A DNA stretch of 64,000 bases from the human T2T-CHM13v2.0 reference genome, Homo sapiens. The position numbers and the translations under genes are program-made. Location: contig CP086569.2 of assembly GCA_009914755.4 (NCBI GenBank), positions 20,672,001 through 20,736,000 of the forward strand. The letters are read 5' to 3'. The notes beneath the pieces were generated by a model, which was not told the DNA's origin, made no database searches, and was given only the letters and a program-made list of their open reading frames with translations. Of the stretch, positions 48,871 through 60,869 are shown piece by piece. Every line of letters starts with the position of its first letter. Position 1 is the first letter of the stretch.

Positions 48871-49140
48871 TCAATTACAGGCTTTAGACCTACTCTGCCC
48901 TCTAAAGGAAATGGGGTATTGCTTTCTCCTTACTATTTCCGCAGGAGTTTTTAGTTTGATATGTATTAGAGGGATTTGGAGTTTCCCTCTATTTCCTTCT
49001 TTTGACCAGACATGGAGATTAATATATTTCTCATCCACAGCAGTGAGTAAATGTAGTGAAGTAAGGAATTCTTTAGGTCCTACTTGAAGTCCTATGCCTA
49101 GATTTAACATTAAATCCCTTCCTAATATATTTGTTCCCAC
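48871..49140 (-). pseudogene. Retroviral protease remnant
   Basis: Minus ORF MGTNILGRDLMLNLGIGLQVGPKEFLTSLHLLTAVDEKYINLHVWSKEGNRGKLQIPLIHIKLKTPAEIVRRKQYPISFRG sits between the gag zinc knuckle and RT and contains the retropepsin-like LGRD motif (IIGRDNM in related proteases). Confidence 0.6.
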
Positions 49141-49463
49141 TTCAGGAATTAATAAAAATTAAATATGAGTAAATCAATTTTGATATCTGATGTCTGTGCT
49201 TTCTAAAATTTTTGCCTTAAATCCTCCTCCTTTTATCCCAGAGACTAAAAGTTCCTCTGAAGACCAGGTGAGACCAGGTGGAGGGAAACAGAGGAGCATG
49301 AAGTCCCTGAATTGACTAAAAAGGTGATAAATTCACATTTAGGTCCCACTTTCAAATTTATCAAGGGCTCCTGGTGGGACTCAAAATAAAAGCGGCAGAG
49401 CTCCTGACTGCCCTATTGTTCTTTAAAACTCATGAGTGTGAGAGTTTCTGTCTCTCTCTCTAG

Positions 49464-51990
49464 TTAAGGACGCTCCCTCTTGAAGTGGCCTGTTCTTCCA
49501 CATTGGTAACATCTATCTTGTCCTTCTCCCTTCTCAGTCTTAGCATTGTCTGTTCTTGCCCCACTATACCCCTTAGGAGGCTTATTTGTTGAGGACCTCA
49601 GCCCTCCAGACGGAGGCTTGGGACCTCTCAAGATGGGTGTAGGCCCCTTGGAAGCCCTGCTTAGAGATATATGGATTTGGATTTGGAGCCATGTGCTGGA
49701 AGGCAGGTAACATAAGTTTTGTCTTTTGTTTTTGCTTTTCCTTGTCTCTCCTGACCTATACCTTTTGAGCCTCCCTGAGCAGTTCACATAGGGGACTGTC
49801 CTCTCAATTATCTATTTTTTGTAATTTTCTTTAAATGTCTGGCCAACTTTTAGTAACAAAGTGAAGTTTTAACATTCCCTGTCCAAGGGGATTTTCCAGA
49901 TCAAGGCCTGCATACTGTCTCATTTGCTCCCTCTATCTAAGAATCTAGGAGGTCCCTCATCTTTTTCCTGTTGAATATCAAATGCTTTGGAAATATTTTG
50001 ATTTCGGGGTACTGACTCTGAAATTCCTTTTATTATCATCTCTCTTAGATCTTGCATGTTTTCCTGGTGATTTGCATTGTTATTGTCCCACTGGGGGTCC
50101 TCGGGCTGGAAATTTATGGCCTGCAGGAGGAACATTTTGACCAGGATGGGGCTCATGTTCCCAAACCTCCATAGCAGCCCGCTGAATCATACTTCATTCT
50201 TCTCCTGAAAAGAGAATGCTGAAGATGGACATCAACTCAGTCCAAGTGTATATCTGAGGCCCTAAAAATTGATCAATTTGATCTGCTACTCCATAAGGAT
50301 CATCCAGTAATGGCTTAAACTTCTTTTTTAAATTCCAGACCTCTGAAGTAATCAAGGGAGGGTTTACAAAGCCAATAGCCCCTCCACCCTGTGGTACCTC
50401 TCTTAAAGGAAAGAAAGTTGGATCTGGCTCTTTGGGTGTGAAGGGAAAGGGAAAGTTTTGGATATCTTTTTTACATTGCTCTATTTCATGTTGAAGCCCC
50501 TTTAAATAGGGATACTTAATAGGTTAAGAAGGGGCAGGCTCACAAGACGGTAATTCTGCAAAGTTGGGAATATAAGGAGGGGGAGCAATATGAGCAGAAG
50601 CACCACAAGTGGAGGAGGGATCCACGGCAGCAGCTGGGGTAATAGAACAGGCTGGGGCCTGCCTGAAACAGCTGGGGAGTAACCCCAAACCACAGCCAGA
50701 GGGATGGCCTAGGCTGGGGCGTGGCCTGAAATGGCTGGGGAATAATCGGAAACCACAGCTGGAGGGAGGGCACAGGCTGGAACATGGCCTGAGATGGCTG
50801 GAGAGTGACCCAAAACTGCAGCTGGAGGGACAGGATAGGAGGCAGCCGAAAGAGTGATGCAAACAGGGGAGGAACGTAAGATGGGAACTGGAAGGGCGGA
50901 ATCACAGGCAACCGGAAGAGTGACACAAGCAGGGGAGGAACCTGAGACGGGTACCAGAGGGGCGGAATAGGGGGGCAGCTGGAAGAGTGAGGGAAACGGG
51001 AGGGACCTGAAACGCGAACCAGACTGGCGGGTTAGGGGGCGCTGAATGAAGGAAGATGATTTAAAGGATCCCACATGTTAGTTAGTAGTTGTGGGTTGTC
51101 TAGCTATGGGAACTGTTTCCCTTTTAAAAGAGTTGGCTTCTGACTTTCTCCCTCCAGAGTCTAAAGGTTAAAGGAGAACTGGTCCCTGCTGCCAGCAGAG
51201 GGTGTAATCGATTTGTTCGTGGGAGACAGGGTTCTTATCATTAACACGTTTGATTAACAGCTGACAAATCTGTTCTTCATTAGACCCAAATTTTGGCCAG
51301 AAAATTCAGGGTTTAAGGATGGGTTGTCGAACCCAAATCAAACAACATATTTTATTGTCTGCTGTTTTTCTTTATACTTGGTTCTCTCATTATCTTTCCA
51401 ATACTTTAGCATAAGCCCCAAGGGGCTATCTGAAGGAATTTCATCACTCTCTAGACTCTTTGGTTTTCCTGTATTATTTGAAACTTTCCCCGTCTTATGG
51501 GTTATTGGGGGACAACCCCTCCTCTTAGAGATGTCTACCCTCACCCTTCCTGGAGGCTTACTGAGGCTTTAGGGAAAAGCTCCAACCCCACCTGTCAGAG
51601 GTTTCTACCCTCCCCCTTCCTCTTTGTCTACTTTGTGTTTTCCTGCCTCTAGTCGATAGATGGCAACATGAGACTGAAAAGAAGACTCATTCACTCCACA
51701 CAACCACGATGCTTACTCCCATTCACACATTCTCAGCCTCCATCTCATCCTGACCACCCAGGAAATACTTTGTCACCTTCGTGAAGTCTCCTACCTTATT
51801 CCATGCACAATAATTGCCTGGTCCTCTTATTGCCACGGTATTGCAAGCCTCTCCTCCCCGCTTTGCTGCGAATCCAGATTTATTCATTACCACAGGTGGG
51901 CCTGATCTCCTTCACCCTAGGGCCACCCTAACGAGACAGTAGGATGCGTCTCCCTTGGGAAGGGTAACCGAAGGCCCCCGTACCTAAGGA
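49464..51990 (-). pseudogene. Retroviral gag remnant: zinc knuckle near 49470-49520 and an N-proximal Pro/Ser-rich region encoded by tandem DNA repeats at ~50600-51050
   Basis: Minus ORF 49464-49787 ends ...GQDRCYQCGRTGHFKRERP (CX2CX4HX4C-type knuckle). 50524-51074 is open in all three minus frames and reads as repeated P/S/A-rich segments (..SPAISGHVPACALPPAVVSDYSPAISGHAPA..). Confidence 0.7.
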
Positions 51991-52000
51991 GAATATTGGA

Positions 52001-52019
52001 GCCCCAAAGTTGGGTGCCA
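52001..52019 (-). promoter_or_regulatory. Primer binding site, tRNA-Lys(1,2)-like, 4 nt downstream of the 5' LTR
   Basis: + strand gccccaaagttgggtgcca is the reverse complement of TGGCACCCAACTTTGGGGC. 15/18 identities plus one indel versus the Lys1,2 PBS TGGCGCCCAACGTGGGGC used by betaretroviruses/HERV-K. Confidence 0.65.
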
Positions 52020-52023
52020 GAAG

Positions 52024-52824
<801 letters not shown>

Positions 52825-53479
52825 TCACTGTGAAGTGACCTCACTGTCTGGCAGTGATACATGAGGTTCATTGTCTCATGGTCATGAAAAACTATAATTC
52901 AAACACAAAAAGAGTGAGCTTCAGAGTGGACTTTAATAGGCAAAAGAAAGAGAAGAGCTCTCTGCTGCACAGAGAGGGCCTGAAAAAATGGGTTGCTGTT
53001 TCCATGGTGAAATGCAGTGGTTTTTATAGATAAGCTTAAGGATTAAGTGTCTGATTGACATAGGGAACAAAAGATTGGATGAACCATTTGCATATGGCAT
53101 AGGAAACTGGTTAGGTCTAGGAGTGCCACTTGCAGAGGGTGCAAAAAGCTGGCCACCTCTACTCTAATCTTTTACTATGCAGATAGGTTTTCTGCCTGGT
53201 TAGTGCCATGTTGCCTGTTTCTTTACTGTATACATGGTAAAAAGATAAAAGATAATGGGGACTTCTTGGTGGTCATGTCTGCTGCCCAGGCAGCCCTTTT
53301 CTATTGGCACAGCTGCTGGCATTCACCCATGTAAGCTTCAAGCTTTTTAATCTATGTTTGCAGCTCTATTTGTTAGGCTCCTCCTTGTTATAGCAGATAA
53401 TTTATTGGGCTGCTTTTTGCTAGAAGGGAAGCCTTGCTGAGAACTCTTTTATCCTCACTACCTGCCTAAATAATTTCTT

Positions 53480-54415
53480 TTTATCCCCTGTGTCAACTGT
53501 TAGTGTCATTGCACCTCCTTAAGAAGGAAATCTCAAAGGGAAAGTCCCAACCATCTTTGTTGGTTGCACACCTTAGCAACTTTAGGTATCAGGCTGTGGA
53601 GACTCTGAGCCAACTGGGGGGTGGGGTATGAATCCCCCAGTGCAGCACAGTTGCCCTCCCAAAATGTTGACAGACTGCTGCTTTAAGCAGGTCCTCATCC
53701 TGTTCCTTCTCACTGATTGGGATCTCCCAAGTGGGACCTCTAGCCTCCCTTATGCAAGTTCTTCAGCCAAGAAAGTCTTGACTTTCCCCTGGGACAGCAC
53801 CCCCCGAGTGAGAGTTGGGCTACCATCTTTGTTCTTGGGGTTACTTAGCCAATCCAGCCTTTAGGTTTTGATCATTCTGAGCCTACTAGAGATGAAGGGG
53901 GTCCCTCAGCACAGCACAGCTGCTCTAGCAAAATGTGCCCAGGCTGCTTTTTAAAGCGGATCCCTGATCACATTTCTCTTGGTTGAGCGAGGCCCAATCG
54001 GGCCCTCCAGCCATCCACGGTGGTGTTCTCCAGCCAACAGATATTTGTAATCTCCCTGAAATGGTGCTATAAGAGAGAGTGGTGGGCCACAAATTTAGTT
54101 GTTTAGGTGATTTAACTGTTTCAGACTTCAAGCTCTGAAGCATCTGAGGCAACCAGGGCTGAAGCAAACCCTTTAGCACAGCACAGTTACATTATCAAAG
54201 CGGGGAGATAGCTTTTTAAAGTGGGTCTCTAACCCCATTTTTATTCACTGACCGGGATTTCTCAACCAAGGTATCCAGTCACGTCGTACAGGAGCCTTCG
54301 TGTCAGCAATAGACCTATACCTCCCTGGGATTAAGTTCCCGGAGACAGAAAAAAGGCTGCCATCTTTGCTGTTTTTCAACCTTCTCTAGTGGTACCTCAA
54401 GGTATCACTGTTCAA
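53480..54415. repeat. Tandem array of ~3.5 diverged copies of a ~260-280 bp unit
   Basis: Copy starts at ~53629, ~53906 and ~54171 each begin cc(c/t)cagcacagcacag(t/c)t.c...caaaatgt....ag.ctgct.ctttaa(a)gc.g..cc... and end with a ...(g/a)gct(a/g)ccatctttg(t/c)t(c/g)tt... block. A partial copy at 53480-53628 matches the unit end (caaccatctttgttggttgcacaccttagcaactttaggtatcaggctgtggagactctgagccaactggggggtggggtatgaatcc). Confidence 0.7.
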
Positions 54416-55289
54416 GAGAACAGTCTGACATGACTAGAGGCTGGAGTGAGCTACAACATATTGCAGCAACCCTGTATAAAAGTAGCCAAACTATTATGTA
54501 ATAGCCCAGTCCTGTACGTCCCATTAGCAGGTCCTCCAGACCTGGGCCTTCAGAGCTAAGTAGAGTCTCTACAGAGTCACACCCTTCAGAGCTATCACCC
54601 AGTAGCAACTTGGCAAATCCCTGGACAGGAGCCTCAAGAAGTAACTAAAAGCCTTCCTGCCACAGCCTGTGCAGTGAAACTGCCCTTGCCACCCTGAAAC
54701 TAACAAAGGAGAAAAGACCCTAAGTGCCTTATCTACACCTCCAACAAACTGCTGTTGACTCAAGGAGAAGCGACCAGTCCATCTCCCATAAGTCTCACAC
54801 ACCCCATATTGCTAATTATCAGACAGAGAATCCCTGGCTTGGTCCTACAACACAAAATATCCTTCCAGGGCTGGTTGCATTGAGAGATTGCTGACCTGCA
54901 TTTCCCTTGGATGGAGGCCCCAGGAAACAACCAAAAGACACTTGACCGCAGTCACTACTATGATCTTTTCTTCTGCTGCCTCCAAGTTGAGGAAGAAATA
55001 AAAACACAGAGATGCCTTCAGGGCAGCACAGTGCAGTGCAGGAATGCAAAGTCATGATCTACACTCAAAAGTTGACAAGGATAAAAATGCATATTTTCAG
55101 ATAATTGAGAGAAAACACAGCTGCAGTTGTGAGAAAAAAAAGGAGAGCCGTATAATTAAGCAAGAGTCTACCAAGTCATCAGTAAGCTCAGGTGCTTCCT
55201 GCTGAATAACATTCCAATCCTTCAACACCAAAATTTTCTCAGTAACATATCCTCTCTAAAACAAGAGACAAGAAACCAGCTTTAAATAA

Positions 55290-58200
55290 AGACCTCGCAA
55301 AAAGCATTGGTCCAGTGAAATTCAGAATACGTCTATGGACTGTACTCAGTCTACACTACAGTTCAAACAATAACCACATGCAGAAATAAGAAAGAACACA
55401 CAGATGAGCTCTGGTAACTCAAATGGCCAGAGTGTAATATGTCCCTCAAATGACAATGCCAGTTCTCCAGATGGTTTTTAACTATGATCATTTGGCTGAA
55501 TTGACAGAAATATAATTCAGAATATAAATAGAAATTAGGATCATTGAGATTCAGGAAAAACAAAACCCAATCCAAGGAAACTAAGAATCACAGGAAGGCA
55601 ATATAGAAGTTGAAGTACCAAGTAGCTGGTACAATAAAGAACCTAATGTGTCTGTCAGAGCTGTATAACACTATACAAGAATTTCACAATGCAGTTACAA
55701 GAATTAAAGCAGAAAAAAACAAGTTGAGAAAATCACCTCAGAACGTGATGCCTGGGTCTCTGAAATAATACAGTCAGACAATTTTTTTTTTAAGAACAGA
55801 AATGAATAAATAAAACTCTGGGAAGAATGGGATAAACTAAAGAGGCCAACTTTATAAAACATTAGCATTCATGAAAGGGAGGGAAAGAAAGTAAAAAACT
55901 TGAAAAATGTTTTAGAATATTATTCATGAAAACTTCTGCTACTTTGCTAAAGAGGCCAACAGTCAAATTCAGAAAATACAGAGAACCCCTGCAAGATTCT
56001 ACACAAGATTATTCCCAAGACACATAATTATCTAATTTTTTAAGGTCAAAATAAAGGAAAGAATGTTAAAGACATCTAGAGAGAAAGGGTATGCCACCAA
56101 CAGAAGGAATTCAATTAGGATAGCAGCATAACTCTCAGATAAAACCATACAGCCAGAAGAGATTGGGGTCCTATAGTCAACATTCAAAAAGAAAAACTTC
56201 AATCAAGTATTTTAGGTAAAGCCAAACTACGCTACCTATGTTAAAGAGAAATACGATCCTTTTCAGATAAACAAATATTAAGGGAAATTACCTCCACCAG
56301 ATCTACCTCACAAGAGATGTTAAAAATAGAACGAAATATAGAAAAAAACAGATCACTGCCAGGAAATATAAAAACACACTTAAACACACAGATCAGTGTC
56401 ACTGTAAAGCAACTATACAAACAACAAACATAATAACTCCATTTATGTAACTATGTTTACAAGTTAACAGCACAATGTCAAGATCAGATACACATATTAA
56501 TACTAATCTTACATGTAAATGACCTAAATGTCCCATTTAAAAGGCACAGAGAAGAGTGGCAAGCTGGATAAAATTGCAAGACTCAATTGTATGCTCTTTA
56601 AGAGGGCAATCTCACATGTAATGACACTTACAGGATTAAAATTAGGAAATGGAAGGAAATCTACCAAGCAAATGGATGACACAAAAAAGCAAAACTTGCA
56701 GCCTGGAGCGGTGGCTCATGCCTGTAATCCCATTACTTTGGAAGGCTGAGGAAGGCAGATAATGAGGTCAGGAGATCGAGACCATCCTGGTCAACATGGT
56801 GAAACCCCATCTCCACTAAAGTACAAAAGCTTAGCTGGGCATGGTGCTGCAGGCCTGTAGTCCCAGCTACTGAGGAGTCTGAGGCAAGGGAATCACATGA
56901 ACCCTGGAGCCAGAGGTTACATTGAGCCGAGGTCACACCACTGCACCCCAGCCTGGTAACAGAGTGAGGCTCTGTCTTAAATAAATAAATAAAATAAAAT
57001 AAAATTAAAACGCAAAATTGGCAATTCATATTTCAGAAAAAAAACAGACTTCAAACCAACAAAGATAAAATAAAACAAAGAAGGGAATTACATAATGGTA
57101 AGTAGTTAAATTCAACAAGAAGACCTAACCTTTTTACAGTCTGTTCTTAATATGTGCACCCAAAACAGGAGCATCTGAATTCATAAAACAAGTTCTTAAA
57201 AACCTACAAAGAGACATAGACTCCAATACAATAATAGTGGGAAACTTCAAAACTCTACTGACAGATAAATCATTGAGGCAGAAAATTAATAAAGATATTC
57301 AGAACTGAAATTCTATGTTAAACCAAATTAATCTGATAGATCTTTATAGAACACTCCACCTAAAAGCAACAAAATACACTTTCTTTTCATTGCCACGTGG
57401 CACATACTCTAAAATTGATTATAATTGGGCATAAACCAATCCTCAACAAATGTGAGAAAAAAAATCATACAAAACAGAGTCTTGGACCACAGTGCAACAG
57501 AAACAGAAGTCAAGACTCTGAAAAATTACTCACCATCATGCAATTATACATAAATTAAACAACATGCTTTTGAATGACTTTTAGGCAAACAATAAAATTA
57601 AGAAAGAAATTAAGACAATTTTGAAAATAACTTTAAAAAATTTTAAAAAAGATACAACATCTTAGGATCTCTGGGTCACAGCTAAGTCAGCATTAAGAAG
57701 AAAATTTATAGCACTAAATTCCATATCAAGAATTTAGAAATAAATCAATAATAACACTGACAACTGAAAGAATTAGAGAAACAAGAGTGAATCAACCTCA
57801 AAGTTAGCAGAATGAAATGACAAAAATTAGAACTGAACTGAAGGAAATAAAGGCACAAAAAAATATTTAAGAGATCAATGAATCCAGGAGTTGATTTTTT
57901 GAAAAAAAATAATAAAATGGATAGGCCACCAGTTGGAGTAATAAAAGAAATAGATACAATCCAAATAAGCACAATTAAAAATGATAAACAGAATGTTACT
58001 CTTGAACCCACAGAAGTCAGAACGATAATCAGAATCTACCTCATTACCTCTATGCACAAAAACTAGAAAACCTAGAAGACGTAAACAAATTACTGGACAT
58101 GTGCATCTTCCCAAGACTAAGCAAGGAAGAAAGTAATTTCTTGAACAGACGAATAACAAGCTCCAAAATTGAATCAGAAAAAAATAGCCAGCCGGAAAAA

Positions 58201-60810
58201 AAAGTCCAGGACCTGATAAATTCACACCCAAGTTCTACTAGATGTACAAACAAGAGCTGCCACTCACAGTTGAGGAGAAGAAAAATTTTTCCAACTCACT
58301 CTATGTGGCCAGTATTATCTTGATACCAAAACCTGGCAGAGACACAATAAAAACAAAGAAAATTTTAGGCCAACAAACTTAATGAACATCAAGGCAAATA
58401 TCCTCAATAAAATGCTTGCAAACTCAATCCAGTAGCACATTAAGTAACAAACCCAAAGTTATCAAGTAGGCTTCAATACCAGAATGTAAGGTTTGTTCAA
58501 AATGCACAAACGAATAAATGTAATATACCACATAAACAAAACTAAAGACTAAACCCACCTGATAATTTCAATATATGCAGAAAATACTTATAACAAAATT
58601 AAATATCACTTTGTGTTAGTAACTCAATAAACTTGATATTAAAGAATACATTTTTGAATAATAAAAGCCATCTATGACCAACCCACAGACAACATTATAC
58701 TGAATGGGCAAAAGCTAGAACTATTTCCCCTGAAAAACAGCACAAGACAAGGATGCCCTTTGTCACCACCTTTGTTCAATGCAGTATTGAAATTTCTAGG
58801 CTACTGGAACTTCAACAAGAAGTTCTGGGAGTTGAATCCAACAAGCCAAAGAAATAAGCATCAAAATAGAAAAAGAGGAACCGAAACCACCCGTTTGCAT
58901 TTGGCATGATTCTATAACTAGAAAAGCACATAGCCTCAGCACAAAAGCTGCTTTAGCTGATTAACAACTTCAGAAAGTTGCAGATTAAAAAATTAATGTA
59001 CAAAAATCACTAGCATTCTTACACATTAATGACAATGGAGAGCCAAATTAGAAAGGCAATCTCATTCACATTTGCCACAAAACAATAAAATATCTCAGAA
59101 TATATTTAAGAAGGGAGGTGAAAAATCTCTAGAAGAACTATAAAACTCAAAGAAATCAGAGATAATAGAAACAAACAAAAAAAAATCATGCTCATGGATA
59201 AGAAGAAATAATATTATTAAAATGGCTACTTTGTCCAAAACAATTTACAGATTAAATGCTATTTCTATCAAACTATCAATGACTTTTTTTTACAGAACTA
59301 GAAAAAAATATTTAAAAAATTTATTTAGAACTAAAAAAGAGCCAAAATAACCAAGACAATTCTAAGTACAAAGACAAAATTAGAGGCATCACATACTTGG
59401 CTCCAAATTACACTACAAGGCTACAGTAACTAAAACAACATGACACTGGTACAAAAACAGGAACATACACCAATGGAACAAAATACAGAGCCTAGAAACA
59501 CATTTGTACCTCTGTGTCCATTTAATCTTTGGCATACCTAACAACAAATAATGAGAAAAAGAATACTTGTTTAATACATGATGCTGAGATAATTGGCTAG
59601 CCATATGCAAAAAAATAAATAAATAAATTAGACACATTTTAAGACCATAAAAAAATCAACTCAAAATGAGTTAATGACTTAAATGTAAAATCCAACACTA
59701 TAAAAACTCTGGGAGGTAATCTAGACAATTTCATCTTAGACATAGAAATGGCAAAATATTTTGTGACAAAGACACCAAAAGCAAGTGTACCAAAAGTAAA
59801 AATTGACAAATGTCATCTAATTAAAGTAAAGAGTTTCTGCACAGCAAAAGAAACATCATCAGAGTGAACAGACAATCTACAGAATGGGAGAAAAATTCTG
59901 CAAAATACACATCTGTTAAAAATGCACAAAGGACATGAGCAGACACATCTAAAGAGAAGACATACATGGAGCTAACAAGCATATGAAAAAAAGTTTAACA
60001 TCTCTTGATATGTACTTGTGTGTGTGTATATATATATATAATCATTAGATAAATGCAAATGAAATCCACAATAAGATACCATTTCACACCAGTCAGAATA
60101 ACTATTATTTAAAAGCCAAAAATCAACAGACTCTGGTGACCTTAAAAGAAAATGGAATGCTTATACATTATTGGTCAGAGCGTAAATTATTTTAACCATT
60201 GTGGAGAGCAGTCTGAGGATTACTCAAGCAGCTAAAAGCAGATATGTAATTCAATCCAGCAATCCCATTGCAGGTATATACCTAAAGAAATATAAATTAT
60301 TCTGTTCTAAAGATTCATTCATGAAAATGTTCACTGCAGCATTATGCACAATAGCAGAGATATGGAATCAAATTACATGCTAATCAGTGACAGATTAGAT
60401 TTAAAAATGTGATACATATCCACTATGGATTACTACGCAGCCAATAAAACAAACAATAACTTGCCCTTTGTGGGAAGTGGCTGAGCTGGAGGCTATTATT
60501 CTTAGCAAACTAATGTAGAGTCTGAAGACCAAATGCCACATGTTTTCACTTGTGAGTGGGAGATAAATAGAAAGTACTTAGGAAAACAAAGAAGAAAGTA
60601 GACATTGTGGTGTACTAGAGGGAAATGGGTGAGAGAAAGGAGAGAAGACAAAATAACTACTGGGCATTGGGCTTAATATCTGTGTGATAAAATAATATAT
60701 GCAACAAACCCCTGTAACATGAGTTTACCTGTACAACAGACCTTCACATGTACATTTTAACCTAAAATAAAAGTTAAAAAATTACATATAATGCAATAAA
60801 TGTCAAAATT
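55290..60810 (+). mobile_element. Old L1 (L1MA/L1MB-type) near-full-length copy: ORF1, ORF2 and 3' end, heavily mutated; interrupted by an Alu. Upstream 53480-55290 may be its monomeric 5'UTR (unproven)
   Basis: ORF1-like: ..NPARFYTRLFPRHIIILFFKVKIKERMLKTSRE.G.ATNRRNSIRIAA*LSDKTIQPEEIGVL*STFKKKNFNQVF*VKPNYAT (..RHIIVK..KEKILKAARE..R.AADFS..T.QARR.W..IF..LKEKNFQPRILYPAKLSF). ORF2 start ...atactaatcttacatgtaaatgacctaaatgtcccatttaaaaggcacagagaagagtggcaagctggataaaattgcaagactcaattgtatgctctttaagagggcaatctcacatgtaatgacacttacaggattaaaattaggaaatgg. RT region 58700-58800 ..[33 protein letters not shown]... 3' region 60400-60810 ..CDTYPLWITTQPIKQTITCPLWEVAELEAIILSKLM*SLKTKCHMFSLVSGR*IESTEN.. Confidence 0.82.
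56700..57010 (+). mobile_element. Alu SINE, + orientation (AluS/Y-like), nested in the old L1, ~15 bp TSD
   Basis: gcctggagcggtggctcatgcctgtaatcccattactttggaaggctgaggaaggcagataatgaggtcaggagatcgagaccatcctggtcaacatggtgaaaccccatctccactaaagtacaaaagcttagctgggcatggtgctgcaggcctgtagtcccagctactgaggagtctgaggcaagggaatcacatgaaccctggagccagaggttacattgagccgaggtcacaccactgcaccccagcctggtaacagagtgaggctctgtcttaaataaataaataaaataaaataaaat. Flanks aaagcaaaacttgca / aaacgcaaaattggca. Confidence 0.92.
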
Positions 60811-60869
60811 TCTAATGTTTATGAAATGATAAAAATATTATTAATAAAATATTCATATTGCTTTACATG

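Noticed and set aside
50524-51074. Three mutually overlapping ORFs on the minus strand (112-128 aa), suggestive of overlapping genes
   Set aside because: They lie in tandem DNA repeats within retroviral gag. Low-complexity P/S/A-rich translations in all frames are a repeat artefact.
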